IMG/VR virus record: IMGVR_UViG_3300036846_000743
Span: 1 to 64,000 of that record
Strand: one strand, 5' to 3'
Length of the DNA: 64,000 nt
This document shows positions 9,429 to 17,839 of this stretch, piece by piece. Both the position numbers and the translations under genes were made by a program. How positions within the stretch are numbered: position 1 is the stretch's first letter; each line of letters begins with the position of its first letter. The notes beneath the pieces are model-generated. The model was not told where the DNA came from. It saw only the letters and a program-made list of their open reading frames with translations, and ran no database searches.

Positions 9429-9457
9429 TATATGACAGGTTTTTTCCGTGTGGTAAG
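9429..9457 (-). promoter_or_regulatory. Candidate phage promoter, variant copy (CTTAC-N16-GTCATATA)
   Basis: Same -10-like box and spacing as three other copies; 42 nt upstream of the BRO start. Confidence 0.45.
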
Positions 9458-9606
9458 TTCCCGGAAAGTCAAGGTGAGTTCTCGGTGAAGTTCCAGAAGT
9501 TCTCCCCCGTAGATCTTTATGCTAGTGACTCTGTGAGAGAGAACTTATAGGAAAGTCCCGCTCTGACACGCTTTTCTGGCACAGTCTCATACCGTGACAT
9601 ATCGCG

Positions 9607-10311
9607 TCACGGTAGGTTAGCTGCCAGCGGCTGGCCCATGGCCGCGCGCCAGTAGTCGGTCGGGATCTTGGCCTTGTGACCGGCCTTGTGCAGCGCCGCG
9701 TAGATCGCGGGCGCATCGTCTCCCCACCATGCCAGCGGCAGGTTGGCCAACCAGAACAGCTGGTAGATGTTGAAGTCACGGTCCTGGCCGCCGGTTAGCT
9801 CTACCAGCCGCTCCAGGGCACCGCCGGTCACTTCGAGCTGGGTGAGCTGGCGTCTTTCCGCTCGCTGTGACTCGGTCAGGCGTGGCGAGTCCTGGGACTC
9901 GTCGTGCGGACCGGCTGGATAGGGGCCGCGCCGCTCGAATGAAGCTCGCTGGCCACCGACATCATAGTCTCGTCCAATGCCGAAATACAGATACGGCTCG
10001 CGCATCTGGAAGCACCAGCGCGTAGGGTCAATCACCTGCTTGTCCGGGGTCTCGATCCAGCCGTGTCGCTGGAACGGCCAGCCATGTCTGGGATGCTTCT
10101 TGGAGACCGGACCATAGTAATGCCCGTAGCGATCGACACCCACTACGAGCTTGGCCTTGAGCATCTTGCATGAGATCTCGTGGCATCGGTTCACCCAGCG
10201 ATTGGCCTTGAGTCCGATCGCTTTCTCGACTTCCGCGATCGACGGCAGATCGAGTGCTGTGGTGTTCGAAGCCCCGGCCTTGGGCATGACAACTCTACGG
10301 CGCTTCTTCAT
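9607..10311 (-). CDS. Hypothetical protein, possible transglutaminase/papain-like fold
   Basis: RCHEIS...HGWIE...VIDPT gives a plausible Cys-His-Asp triad spacing; AGGAG RBS. Confidence 0.4.
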   Translation of the reverse strand: MKKRRRVVMPKAGASNTTALDLPSIAEVEKAIGLKANRWVNRCHEISCKMLKAKLVVGVDRYGHYYGPVSKKHPRHGWPFQRHGWIETPDKQVIDPTRWCFQMREPYLYFGIGRDYDVGGQRASFERRGPYPAGPHDESQDSPRLTESQRAERRQLTQLEVTGGALERLVELTGGQDRDFNIYQLFWLANLPLAWWGDDAPAIYAALHKAGHKAKIPTDYWRAAMGQPLAANLP

Positions 10312-10699
10312 GCTTCAACTCCTGCTTGGTGAAATAACCGGATTGCACGCGGCAGCCGCGACGCCTGAGCCAGGCCATCTGCGCCGCGCGTGATGCCATG
10401 GGGTCGTACCTGGCCCACATCGCGATGTGCTGCCGGAGCTGAGGCGTCAGCCTGGTGCCGTGCTTCTCGTAGATGACGCGGAACCGCTCGCTGTTGACGT
10501 AAGTATCGTCGGCCCATCGCAGCACGCGATCCCAGCACCGACTACGGCTGTTCGACAGGGTCCTCGGCGCGTAGACCAGCGAAGCATTATTGCCCATGAC
10601 CATCGGCACGATAGCCATGAACATGCTGGGCGGCTGCGGCGGTGGGGGTGGTGGAGGTGGTGGCGGGGGCGGAGCCCAGCGCGCGGCAAGTGCGACCAT
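10295..10699 (-). CDS. Hypothetical protein with an N-terminal polyproline tract
   Basis: Run of 12 Pro after MVALAARWA; the tract uses mixed Pro codons. Confidence 0.45.
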   Translation of the reverse strand: MVALAARWAPPPPPPPPPPPPQPPSMFMAIVPMVMGNNASLVYAPRTLSNSRSRCWDRVLRWADDTYVNSERFRVIYEKHGTRLTPQLRQHIAMWARYDPMASRAAQMAWLRRRGCRVQSGYFTKQELKHEEAP

Positions 10700-10714
10700 C
10701 AGAGGGATCCTCCT

Positions 10715-11818
10715 TCAGGTTCGTTTATCGCGGAAACAGCCGTAGCGGGCAACAAGCCGCCGGCCTTCGCGGATACTCAAATAGGCGAGAGCATCCTCGA
10801 CCGGCACCCGCGGGTTGATGAGCCCATCGGGATAACGCAGCGCCCTGGCCACGGCAGACACCACCACGCGACGTTTGGGCCTGGGTATGACGACATGGAG
10901 CAAGGGCTTATTGCTCCGTGCCAGCTCGTGCACCTTCTTGGGCACGTTGGCACCGTCGACGGCCAAGATCACCTGATGGACCTGGACCTCCCAGGGATAA
11001 GCATGATCATCGACGCAGCGGAAGTGAATCACTTCGAGCATGCCGCCGCCTGGCCCGGCAGCCTTCAAGAGCGCCTTGGACTCGCTCAGCCGATGAAGCC
11101 GGGCATCGGGCGCGCCACGGACGCGGCTATCCAGGAACGTGCTCAGGCCACAGCGCTGGATCGTGCCGCTGATCAACTGCCCGCTCTTGTCTCCCGTGAT
11201 CCGGACATTCCTCACAGGCTTTGGCACAGATCGCGGCAACCGGAAGGTGAAGATCCGCCGGACCAGGTCGTAAGGACTCTTGCTGCCGACTTCGACGTCC
11301 TTTATACTCCGTATAAAGGACGCCGACTTCTCAGGTTTCGGGCCAGTATCGACCGGCCGGACCCGCCGTTTTACCCCTGGTGGTGACGGAAAGAAGCGCG
11401 AGTCGATCTTCAACCAGTATTGCCTGACGTCGCGCGCCCAGCAGAACGGACAGATCTGCCTGAGCTTGCAAGGTCTACGACCTTCCTTCTTGTCGAAGGT
11501 CATGACAAAAGCCACCGGACAGGACATGGCGTTGGGCAATCGCGACTTCTTGCCAGGCAGGTTGAATGGCTTCCAGCCCGCCTCAGCCAGCTGGACGACC
11601 CTGCGACGCCACAGATGCAGTATCCAGGCCGTGGCATCTGAGATATCAGCGTCGCTCCTGAGCCGGCCGAAGGTGGGCCGCAGAACCGCGGAGAGCTGAA
11701 CCTGGTCTTGGTACCGCAACGGTACCGCCGAGACCCTGTAACCGGGATTGGGCGGCCTCTTGCGAAACCTGGAACCGTCCGATGGAGACGCCTCGACGTC
11801 TAGGAGCTTGTCTGACAT
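10715..11818 (-). CDS. Rep_1-like (pC194/pUB110-type HUH) protein with degenerate motifs
   Basis: In order: MSC-x16-CKLRQICPFCWAR Cys cluster; IFTFR (motif I-like); GMLEV...WEVQVHQVIL (motif II, QVH for HUH); ALRYP (motif III Tyr); RRLVARYGCFR C-terminal box. GGAGG RBS before MSDKLL. Confidence 0.5.
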   Translation of the reverse strand: MSDKLLDVEASPSDGSRFRKRPPNPGYRVSAVPLRYQDQVQLSAVLRPTFGRLRSDADISDATAWILHLWRRRVVQLAEAGWKPFNLPGKKSRLPNAMSCPVAFVMTFDKKEGRRPCKLRQICPFCWARDVRQYWLKIDSRFFPSPPGVKRRVRPVDTGPKPEKSASFIRSIKDVEVGSKSPYDLVRRIFTFRLPRSVPKPVRNVRITGDKSGQLISGTIQRCGLSTFLDSRVRGAPDARLHRLSESKALLKAAGPGGGMLEVIHFRCVDDHAYPWEVQVHQVILAVDGANVPKKVHELARSNKPLLHVVIPRPKRRVVVSAVARALRYPDGLINPRVPVEDALAYLSIREGRRLVARYGCFRDKRT

Positions 11819-12251
11819 GGGACCTCCGTGGGGCCATTTGGGGCAGTTTGCGACAGTTTTCGCCAGATGCATTTGACCACGGAATGAGTGACATACGCTT
11901 GTCGCAATCATTCCAGGCTGCGCAAGTCTTGAAGGGTTCGAGACTTCTGGAGAATTAAACAAGTTGCACCAAGTGTTGCAACTATTGAAGCCTCGGACGC
12001 AAGTACTTGCTGGTATTGGTTTTAGTTAGCCTAAATATGGGAAGAAGACTTGTCAAGTCACTAGCCTATTGTTTTTTGCTAGTGACTACTACGTAGATAA
12101 CTTTTTGTGAGAGGTCGCCGCTTCGCGACCTCCCTCTCACAAAAACGGAAAACTTTTTTGTTCGCTTTTTCGATCCGGTACCCAAGTCCTAGCGCCACCA
12201 TCTCGCGCGCCGATCCGGCGAAGCCCTTGAGTCGCCGTCACGGCACCGAGA

Positions 12252-12290
12252 TGCTACTTCCGAGGTAGCATTGCTACTTCCGAAGTAGCA
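12252..12290. repeat. Tandem pair of 19-bp palindromic units TGCTACTTCCGA(G/A)GTAGCA
   Basis: Two copies at 12252-12270 and 12272-12290, differing at one position. Confidence 0.9.
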
Positions 12291-12968
12291 AACCTGCGGG
12301 ATCTAGCGCTATGTTAAGTCCCACAGGTTTTCGTCCTGAATTCCCGGGAAGGGGGAAATTCTTTCATCCGGCTTTCCCTATAGGGCCCTGTTTTTGGTTT
12401 TTTGAGACCCTACTCTCTTGTTTAGTGTTCACAGTGAACGCTCGCGTTCACTGACGTGAACGTTCACGTTCATACCAGCCAGCTAACTGTTCGAGGAACA
12501 GTGCGCACATGCCTAAGAGGATCCCCAACTGCTGATCGAGGCTGGTCTTTCATTTGCACCCGTCAGTCTTCCACTTCAGGGCTCGAGCTTTTCACAAAGA
12601 CCGGTTTTTCCCTCGAACTTTTTCATTTCGAAGTCAAAGTCTTTCGTGCGGCTTTCCCAGGAGGTCTGTTATCTAGCTCTAATGTTTAGATCCCCAGCCA
12701 GCCAGCGCTGGTTGGCCGCCAACCAGCGACAACCAGCGACAGCCAGAGCTGGCAGGCCCCTGAAGCGCGCAATCCATTGCCGCGCCAACAGCTTGGCGCG
12801 GCTCCAGTTGCGCCGCCAGCATTGGCGTCTGGCTTCGCTGATCACTTGGAGTAGTGAATGTTGGTTTTTCACTACCTTGACTTTCCGAAAGGGACTTTCC
12901 GTTCAGCAAAGTTCCGCTGGTTCATGAACCGGCGATGAACCAGCGAACCAAGAAACTTCGCTGAACTC

Positions 12969-13011
12969 GAGGGTTGGTTTTCCAACCCTGGGAGGGTTGG
13001 TTTTCCAACCC
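12969..13011. repeat. Tandem pair of 20-bp hairpin units GAGGGTTGGTTTTCCAACCC
   Basis: Identical copies at 12969-12988 and 12992-13011; each folds as GGGTTGG-TTTT-CCAACCC. Confidence 0.9.
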
Positions 13012-13174
13012 ATCTGGCGCAAGTCCGATGCAGATCCTATTTTCGCTCCGATGAAGATCCGATGATCGAGCGGTTGCTAGCCTTAATATTTAGGCACTAC
13101 TAGGCATGTGCGCACCGAAGCGTCCCGATGCGACTGGAGACGTCGCCAGCCGCTCAAATGTAACCAGAATGTGG

Positions 13175-13513
13175 CTATTCCTGGACTCTGCTGGACTTTG
13201 CTGGACCGACAACAGGGCCTTTGCTCATCAGTTCGAGAATGGTGGCCGAGACCTTGGTCTCGTCGAGATAGTCGGCGGGATCACTCCCGGAGAGAGCGCG
13301 CCGGACCTTGGTCTCGATGTCTACCACATCGAGCACGCCGATCGCCACCTCGGCGTGGTACATATCGAGCGCCAGCTCGGCAGCGTCGCTGCGAGAGCCG
13401 GCCTTGACCTTGTAGGTATGAGTGCCCAGGCCGGCCTCCGAGTCCATCTCAGCATCATCGATTGTGCAGCCTTCAGCCAGGGTCACAGTCACTTTCACGT
13501 CATAGGCAGTCAT
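13175..13513 (-). CDS. Hypothetical protein
   Basis: AGGAGG RBS; acidic 112 aa ORF. Confidence 0.6.
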   Translation of the reverse strand: MTAYDVKVTVTLAEGCTIDDAEMDSEAGLGTHTYKVKAGSRSDAAELALDMYHAEVAIGVLDVVDIETKVRRALSGSDPADYLDETKVSATILELMSKGPVVGPAKSSRVQE

Positions 13514-13543
13514 CAGGACCTCCTTGAATACGCAGCGTAACGG

Positions 13544-13744
13544 TTAAAGAACAGGATCGTTGGGGTCGATGTCATCGAGCACGTCTTGGCCGGTCTCCAG
13601 GTCGACCAGGGTCTCGACCGACGTCTCTCCATGGATGTTCAGTGCCACCTCGACGAAGGCATCCGCCGGGCTCTCAGCCTCGACCTCGATGTCGAACGGG
13701 CCCTTGCCGCCAGTTCCGGTAGCTCGATATTTGCGCACAGCCAT
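13544..13744 (-). CDS. Hypothetical protein
   Basis: AAGGAG RBS; 66 aa. Confidence 0.55.
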   Translation of the reverse strand: MAVRKYRATGTGGKGPFDIEVEAESPADAFVEVALNIHGETSVETLVDLETGQDVLDDIDPNDPVL

Positions 13745-13907
13745 TTCGGGTTACTCCCTTCGTTGTTGATGTAGTGGGTTAGACCCCTTGAGTGAGTAAA
13801 AAGAATGGGCCGGCCCAAAGGCAGCGTCCTGCCCTTCGACCGGCCCTCCGGGATCAGCGAGGCCGAAGCCCCGAATCACGGGCTGCCAGACCCGGCGCCG
13901 GGCCCAG

Positions 13908-14339
13908 CTAGTGCACAGGTGTGTCAGTAGGTGCGGGCGCTGGCGGATCAACCAGCTCGGCGATGGGCTCAGCGCCCGGCTTCGGCTTGATATTGAGCCG
14001 CAGCGCCACATTGATGCCGGACTCATCCCAGCCGATATCGAAAAAACCCCCAGCCTGGCTGAAATGGAAGTAGGTCAGGTCTATCTCCTCGAGCAGGTCC
14101 AAGAAGTCGAACTCGGCCAGCTCGTAGATCTCGTTGCCCTTCTGGCCGTTGCCTTCAGACTTCTCTTCTTCAACGACGATGTTGGGCCAGGCTTCCAGGG
14201 TATAGCACTCCAGGTTCCCGTCGTAGTAGCACTCGGTCTGTGCCCCGGCTATGAACCAGCAGCCCATAGCCTCGTCGAAGATCATTTGCAGGGCCTGTTC
14301 GAGCCGCTGGTAGATCCGAGCTTCTTCTTCCTCGGTCAT
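13908..14339 (-). CDS. Hypothetical acidic protein
   Basis: AGGAGG RBS; 143 aa. Confidence 0.6.
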   Translation of the reverse strand: MTEEEEARIYQRLEQALQMIFDEAMGCWFIAGAQTECYYDGNLECYTLEAWPNIVVEEEKSEGNGQKGNEIYELAEFDFLDLLEEIDLTYFHFSQAGGFFDIGWDESGINVALRLNIKPKPGAEPIAELVDPPAPAPTDTPVH

Positions 14340-14492
14340 CGGATCCTCCTACTATGCGTTGAGCTGACCAATACGAAACAGGGTAGGGATCACTTGCGTG
14401 GAACGGACCCCTTGGGAGTACCCTAAACAAAGCCAGGGAGTTCACCCAGCCCTCGCATTATCCGTTCTTTTTGATCCCAGTAACGTGCGACC

Positions 14493-15080
14493 TTACCGTA
14501 GATTCAAGGTCCAATAGGCGCCGAGGCCGGCGATACCCATCCAGCGCGCTGTTGGGTCTAACAGCGCTGCTCGATGACCAGCTGAGTTTAGCCACATCGA
14601 GCCGATGTTCGCGAACGAACCATAGGCCGCGTTCTGACGGCGAGCTGGGCCCATCACGAAGTGGCCCATGCCCCGGGCTGCCTGGTGGTTGTTGTTCTCG
14701 GCAGCCCAACTCGAGAGATTCGGGTCGTGACCGACCGCCGACAGGCCATAAGCAGCCCGGGTGGCGTTCAGCCAGCTCAAGAACCCGTAGGGATCAGTCG
14801 ATACCTCCGTGACCGGCTGTGTCGTGGCGACAGGCATGGTCGTGGTGGTAGCAACGGTCGTTGCGGCAAGAACGGCTTGCCCAGCGGCTGGATCAATTGC
14901 CGGCGGCACTTCAACAGTGCGATTGTCGATCCGCCGGAACTTCGTAGTGATCACCCAGCCATTCCCGTTGAGCTTACCGTAGCCTTCCCAGCCAGGTTGG
15001 TTAGTCAGCCGGAACCACTGAGGTTGATCTGACTGCGAACCTTGACCGAGAGCGACCAGAAGAAACAGCGTTGCTAGCAT
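14493..15080 (-). CDS. Secreted CAP (SCP) domain protein
   Basis: Signal peptide MLATLFLLVALGQG, Thr-rich linker, then LSWLNATRAAYGL...WLNSAGHRAALL...GIA CAP signature. Confidence 0.8.
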   Translation of the reverse strand: MLATLFLLVALGQGSQSDQPQWFRLTNQPGWEGYGKLNGNGWVITTKFRRIDNRTVEVPPAIDPAAGQAVLAATTVATTTTMPVATTQPVTEVSTDPYGFLSWLNATRAAYGLSAVGHDPNLSSWAAENNNHQAARGMGHFVMGPARRQNAAYGSFANIGSMWLNSAGHRAALLDPTARWMGIAGLGAYWTLNLR

Positions 15081-15115
15081 CTCATTCTCCGTACAAAAGT
15101 GTCGAAAGTCCTCAG

Positions 15116-15151
15116 AAAACGACGGACGGCCGACTATAGCGGCCGCCCGCT
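15116..15151 (-). terminator. Terminator-like hairpin
   Basis: Minus strand GCGGGCGGCCG-CTATAGT-CGGCCGTCCGT followed by CGTTTT, just after the stop of 15196. Confidence 0.5.
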
Positions 15152-15195
15152 GCGATGGGGAGTCCAATCTGCCCATCAGCATCCACGCATGGTGG

Positions 15196-15720
15196 TCACT
15201 CGAAGTCGCACGCGACATCGCTGGGGAACGCGCAGTCCTTGTCGCAATGCCTGCACCCCAGTCGTTCGTTGTGGCTGCCCTCATCGGCGACGTCATAGCG
15301 GCTCCTGATCATCAACGTGTCCTCCTTCAGGCTGATCAGGTCGCGCATGCTCGAGACATCCTCCACGTAGAAGAAGTTGTCGAGCCCGGTCGTGTGACAG
15401 TACGGACATTCCAGGTCATCTTCCTCGCCGGCTGCACCAGCCAGCGTGATAACCTCAAGCATCTTGTTCTGGCTTTGTTTGGGCTCTAGCCGCAGCAATG
15501 TGTAGTCCAGATCGAACAGCTCCCCGTCGAACTCGAGGGTGTATCGCGGCTTGCCGTGAGCGATATAGACCTGGACGATCTCGCCGGTCTTGCCCTGGCA
15601 TAACTTGAGACAAGCCCTGGGCACAGGTTCCAGGATCATTTCGAGATCCTTGCCGGCGTAGAGTTGCACCTTTCGGCCCAGCAACCTGGTATGCAGCTGG
15701 GCTCCTGTATCACTCGCCAT
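15196..15720 (-). CDS. Hypothetical protein with a C-terminal zinc ribbon
   Basis: CPYC...CRHC pairs; GGAGG RBS. Confidence 0.55.
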   Translation of the reverse strand: MASDTGAQLHTRLLGRKVQLYAGKDLEMILEPVPRACLKLCQGKTGEIVQVYIAHGKPRYTLEFDGELFDLDYTLLRLEPKQSQNKMLEVITLAGAAGEEDDLECPYCHTTGLDNFFYVEDVSSMRDLISLKEDTLMIRSRYDVADEGSHNERLGCRHCDKDCAFPSDVACDFE

Positions 15721-16060
15721 GTGGTACCTCCGTAATTCCATCGGGACCTAGCCCGATCGACTCGAGAATGGCAGGCAGACAAGCTGCCGCCTTTTCATGG
15801 ATAACTTTGGACCCTCGTTCGGCAAACTGGACCTGATCGGGGTCGATCAGGTCCAGCGTGTAGTCGGGCGGATCGAATGAATGGTTGATACTGTAGTTGT
15901 CATGGTCAGTGATGTCCCGCCCAGTTCGTTCCCGGTAGATCGTGGCCGCTTTGGGGTGGGCCAGGATCGCGCAGGAGCTGCCGCTCCTGGTCTGGGCGTT
16001 GATCTTACTCAGGATTCTTTGCAGGGCCTTCCAGTCGGTCCTCGTCAGAACAATGACCAT
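15710..16060 (-). CDS. Hypothetical protein
   Basis: ORF tiling with GGAG RBS. Confidence 0.5.
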   Translation of the reverse strand: MVIVLTRTDWKALQRILSKINAQTRSGSSCAILAHPKAATIYRERTGRDITDHDNYSINHSFDPPDYTLDLIDPDQVQFAERGSKVIHEKAAACLPAILESIGLGPDGITEVPHGE

Positions 16061-16283
16061 CGTCTTCTCCGATCTTGATCAGGTATAGCTCGGTCAGGAT
16101 CTCGTGATCCAGCACGATCCGCGGCCTGTCGCCGCTACGCGTGGCCCAAAAGGTCAGGATCCTGACGACTTCTTCCGGGCCATCCTGGAGCCACTCGGCG
16201 ACCGCCAGCTCGAAGTAGGCTCGTACGGCGGCCTCGTAGTCCTGCGTGAGCAGAGCGCGGAAGTCTCGTTCATGGTGCGTCAT
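16005..16283 (-). CDS. Hypothetical protein
   Basis: AGGAGG RBS. Confidence 0.55.
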   Translation of the reverse strand: MTHHERDFRALLTQDYEAAVRAYFELAVAEWLQDGPEEVVRILTFWATRSGDRPRIVLDHEILTELYLIKIGEDDGHCSDEDRLEGPAKNPE

Positions 16284-16309
16284 CGGGATCCTCCTGGTTC
16301 ACCGGGGCT

Positions 16310-16819
16310 TCAGTTGTGGGCCGCCAGGCCGTCCGGATCCATCGGGGGGATGAGTTCAGCATCGACCAGAGACCGGAGCGTGGTGTGGCCAAGGTTGCGG
16401 GCCCCGAAGAAGAGGTCATCGTAGGTCACACCGGCCAGATCGCCGACCAGGAGGACCCGGCCCGGCGCCCGCGATTCGTCGGGCTTGAGGTACGCGAGGA
16501 TCGAGTCCAGCCGGGTTGCCATCCCATACATGCGAATGCCGCGCGCCCGGAGCACATCGGCGACGGGGGTCTGTGAGGTAGCGATCACACCGGCGAACGC
16601 CCACGCCTTGCCGGTGTGATCGCAGTCGCCGCAGCGCATCATCGAATTGTCGTCCCATTCCTGGTCCGACGTGTCGATATCGGTCTCGATGTTCGTAGGG
16701 TCATGCTGGTCGAGCCGGGCCCAGCACAGGACGGTCACGGCCAGCTGGTCCGTGCCACGGCAGCGCGGGCAGCAGTAGCGGGCATTGATGTCAGGCTTGC
16801 GTTTTGACTTAGTGGGCAC
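16310..16819 (-). CDS. Hypothetical zinc-ribbon protein
   Basis: CPRC...CGDC pairs; GGAGG RBS. Confidence 0.6.
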   Translation of the reverse strand: MPTKSKRKPDINARYCCPRCRGTDQLAVTVLCWARLDQHDPTNIETDIDTSDQEWDDNSMMRCGDCDHTGKAWAFAGVIATSQTPVADVLRARGIRMYGMATRLDSILAYLKPDESRAPGRVLLVGDLAGVTYDDLFFGARNLGHTTLRSLVDAELIPPMDPDGLAAHN

Positions 16820-16839
16820 TGGATCCTCCCCGTGCGAGT

Positions 16840-17184
16840 TCAGATCAGCATGTAGCCCGGCGGCTCGCCGGGCCTGGTACTGGGACCGTGGTCGTCGTCA
16901 TCAGCAGGATCAGCATCGCCCCGGCCATGATCAGCATCATCGTCGTCCTTGAATTCGGGATGGGGATTGCCCAGGTAGCGGCCACGAACGTATCCGCACC
17001 TGGGGCACTTCTGGAGCTGGACTGGCGTGCCGGTATCAATAGCCTCGTCGATCTCGGGAGTCGTGGGGGGACCAAAGTCCTTCCACACACATGTCTCGTC
17101 AGAACATTGCACCGGTGGCTTACCGATCCCGACGGCCATCGGGGTCGTGACCCAGGTGCCGTCTGGCAGCTTTATGTCTTGCAT
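16840..17184 (-). CDS. Hypothetical zinc-ribbon protein
   Basis: C-x4-C and CPRC; AGGAG RBS. Confidence 0.55.
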   Translation of the reverse strand: MQDIKLPDGTWVTTPMAVGIGKPPVQCSDETCVWKDFGPPTTPEIDEAIDTGTPVQLQKCPRCGYVRGRYLGNPHPEFKDDDDADHGRGDADPADDDDHGPSTRPGEPPGYMLI

Positions 17185-17304
17185 GGGTTCTCCTAGTCTT
17201 CGGTCTTACGTTTGTTGGGACAGCCATGCTCATGGCAGGCTACACCGTTGATGACGAGTGCCTCGCACTGCGAACACCCGACGCGATAGTGCCCGGTCTC
17301 ACGG

Positions 17305-17838
17305 TCATAGCTGGTCCGGTCGAAGCCCTGCTTGCGCAGACGATCGCCGGCCCGGTAATTCTTGTTGGACATCAGTCCCCTCGTCTTGGTGAAAGTCCTC
17401 GAAAGGGCATCTGCCTGACGGCGCAGGGGTCATCGATGTGATGTTCGAGTCATCCCAGCTCAACCCACAGACACCGCACGTACTTTTGGCTTCGGCTATC
17501 GCACCTGGTCCCAGCGGCTGGACCGGCCAATCAGCCGGAATTCTGTCCACGATGGTATCCTCACCGGCTTCGGCAGTGACCAATGCGTCATGATCCAGCT
17601 CAGACTCGAAGCCGGCCTGGTCGTGAGCACAGAGCTGCTCGTTCTCGGTCCAGAAGATCAGCGCCGAGACTTCGATATCCGGTTTGTCGGCATTCTCGTC
17701 GAAAGTCGCTCGAACTTCGTCGATAGTCATCTCGTCGCTGCCATGGCCGTCCATGCCTGCGAACGTGTAAGTTCGATTGGCCCAGTCGATCACCAGCGTG
17801 CCCAAGCAAGCCGTGTAGCTGTACAGGTCGATCGCCAT
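17305..17838 (-). CDS. Hypothetical protein
   Basis: 177 aa acidic ORF with C-terminal CGVC...CPF. Confidence 0.55.
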   Translation of the reverse strand: MAIDLYSYTACLGTLVIDWANRTYTFAGMDGHGSDEMTIDEVRATFDENADKPDIEVSALIFWTENEQLCAHDQAGFESELDHDALVTAEAGEDTIVDRIPADWPVQPLGPGAIAEAKSTCGVCGLSWDDSNITSMTPAPSGRCPFEDFHQDEGTDVQQELPGRRSSAQAGLRPDQL

Positions 17839-17839
17839 T

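Larger units (their letters stand above)
11963..13170. other. ~1.2 kb relatively AT-rich non-coding region dense in hairpins and short repeats (candidate origin, processing site or structured RNA)
   Basis: No credible ORF; many inverted repeats, e.g. 12056-12086, 12432-12453, 12454-12469, 12901-12966; tandem palindromes at 12252-12290 and 12969-13011. Confidence 0.65.

Noticed and set aside
12252-13011. Palindromic direct repeats as a mini-CRISPR array
   Set aside because: Only two copies each, separated by 1-3 nt; no spacers and no cas genes in the window.
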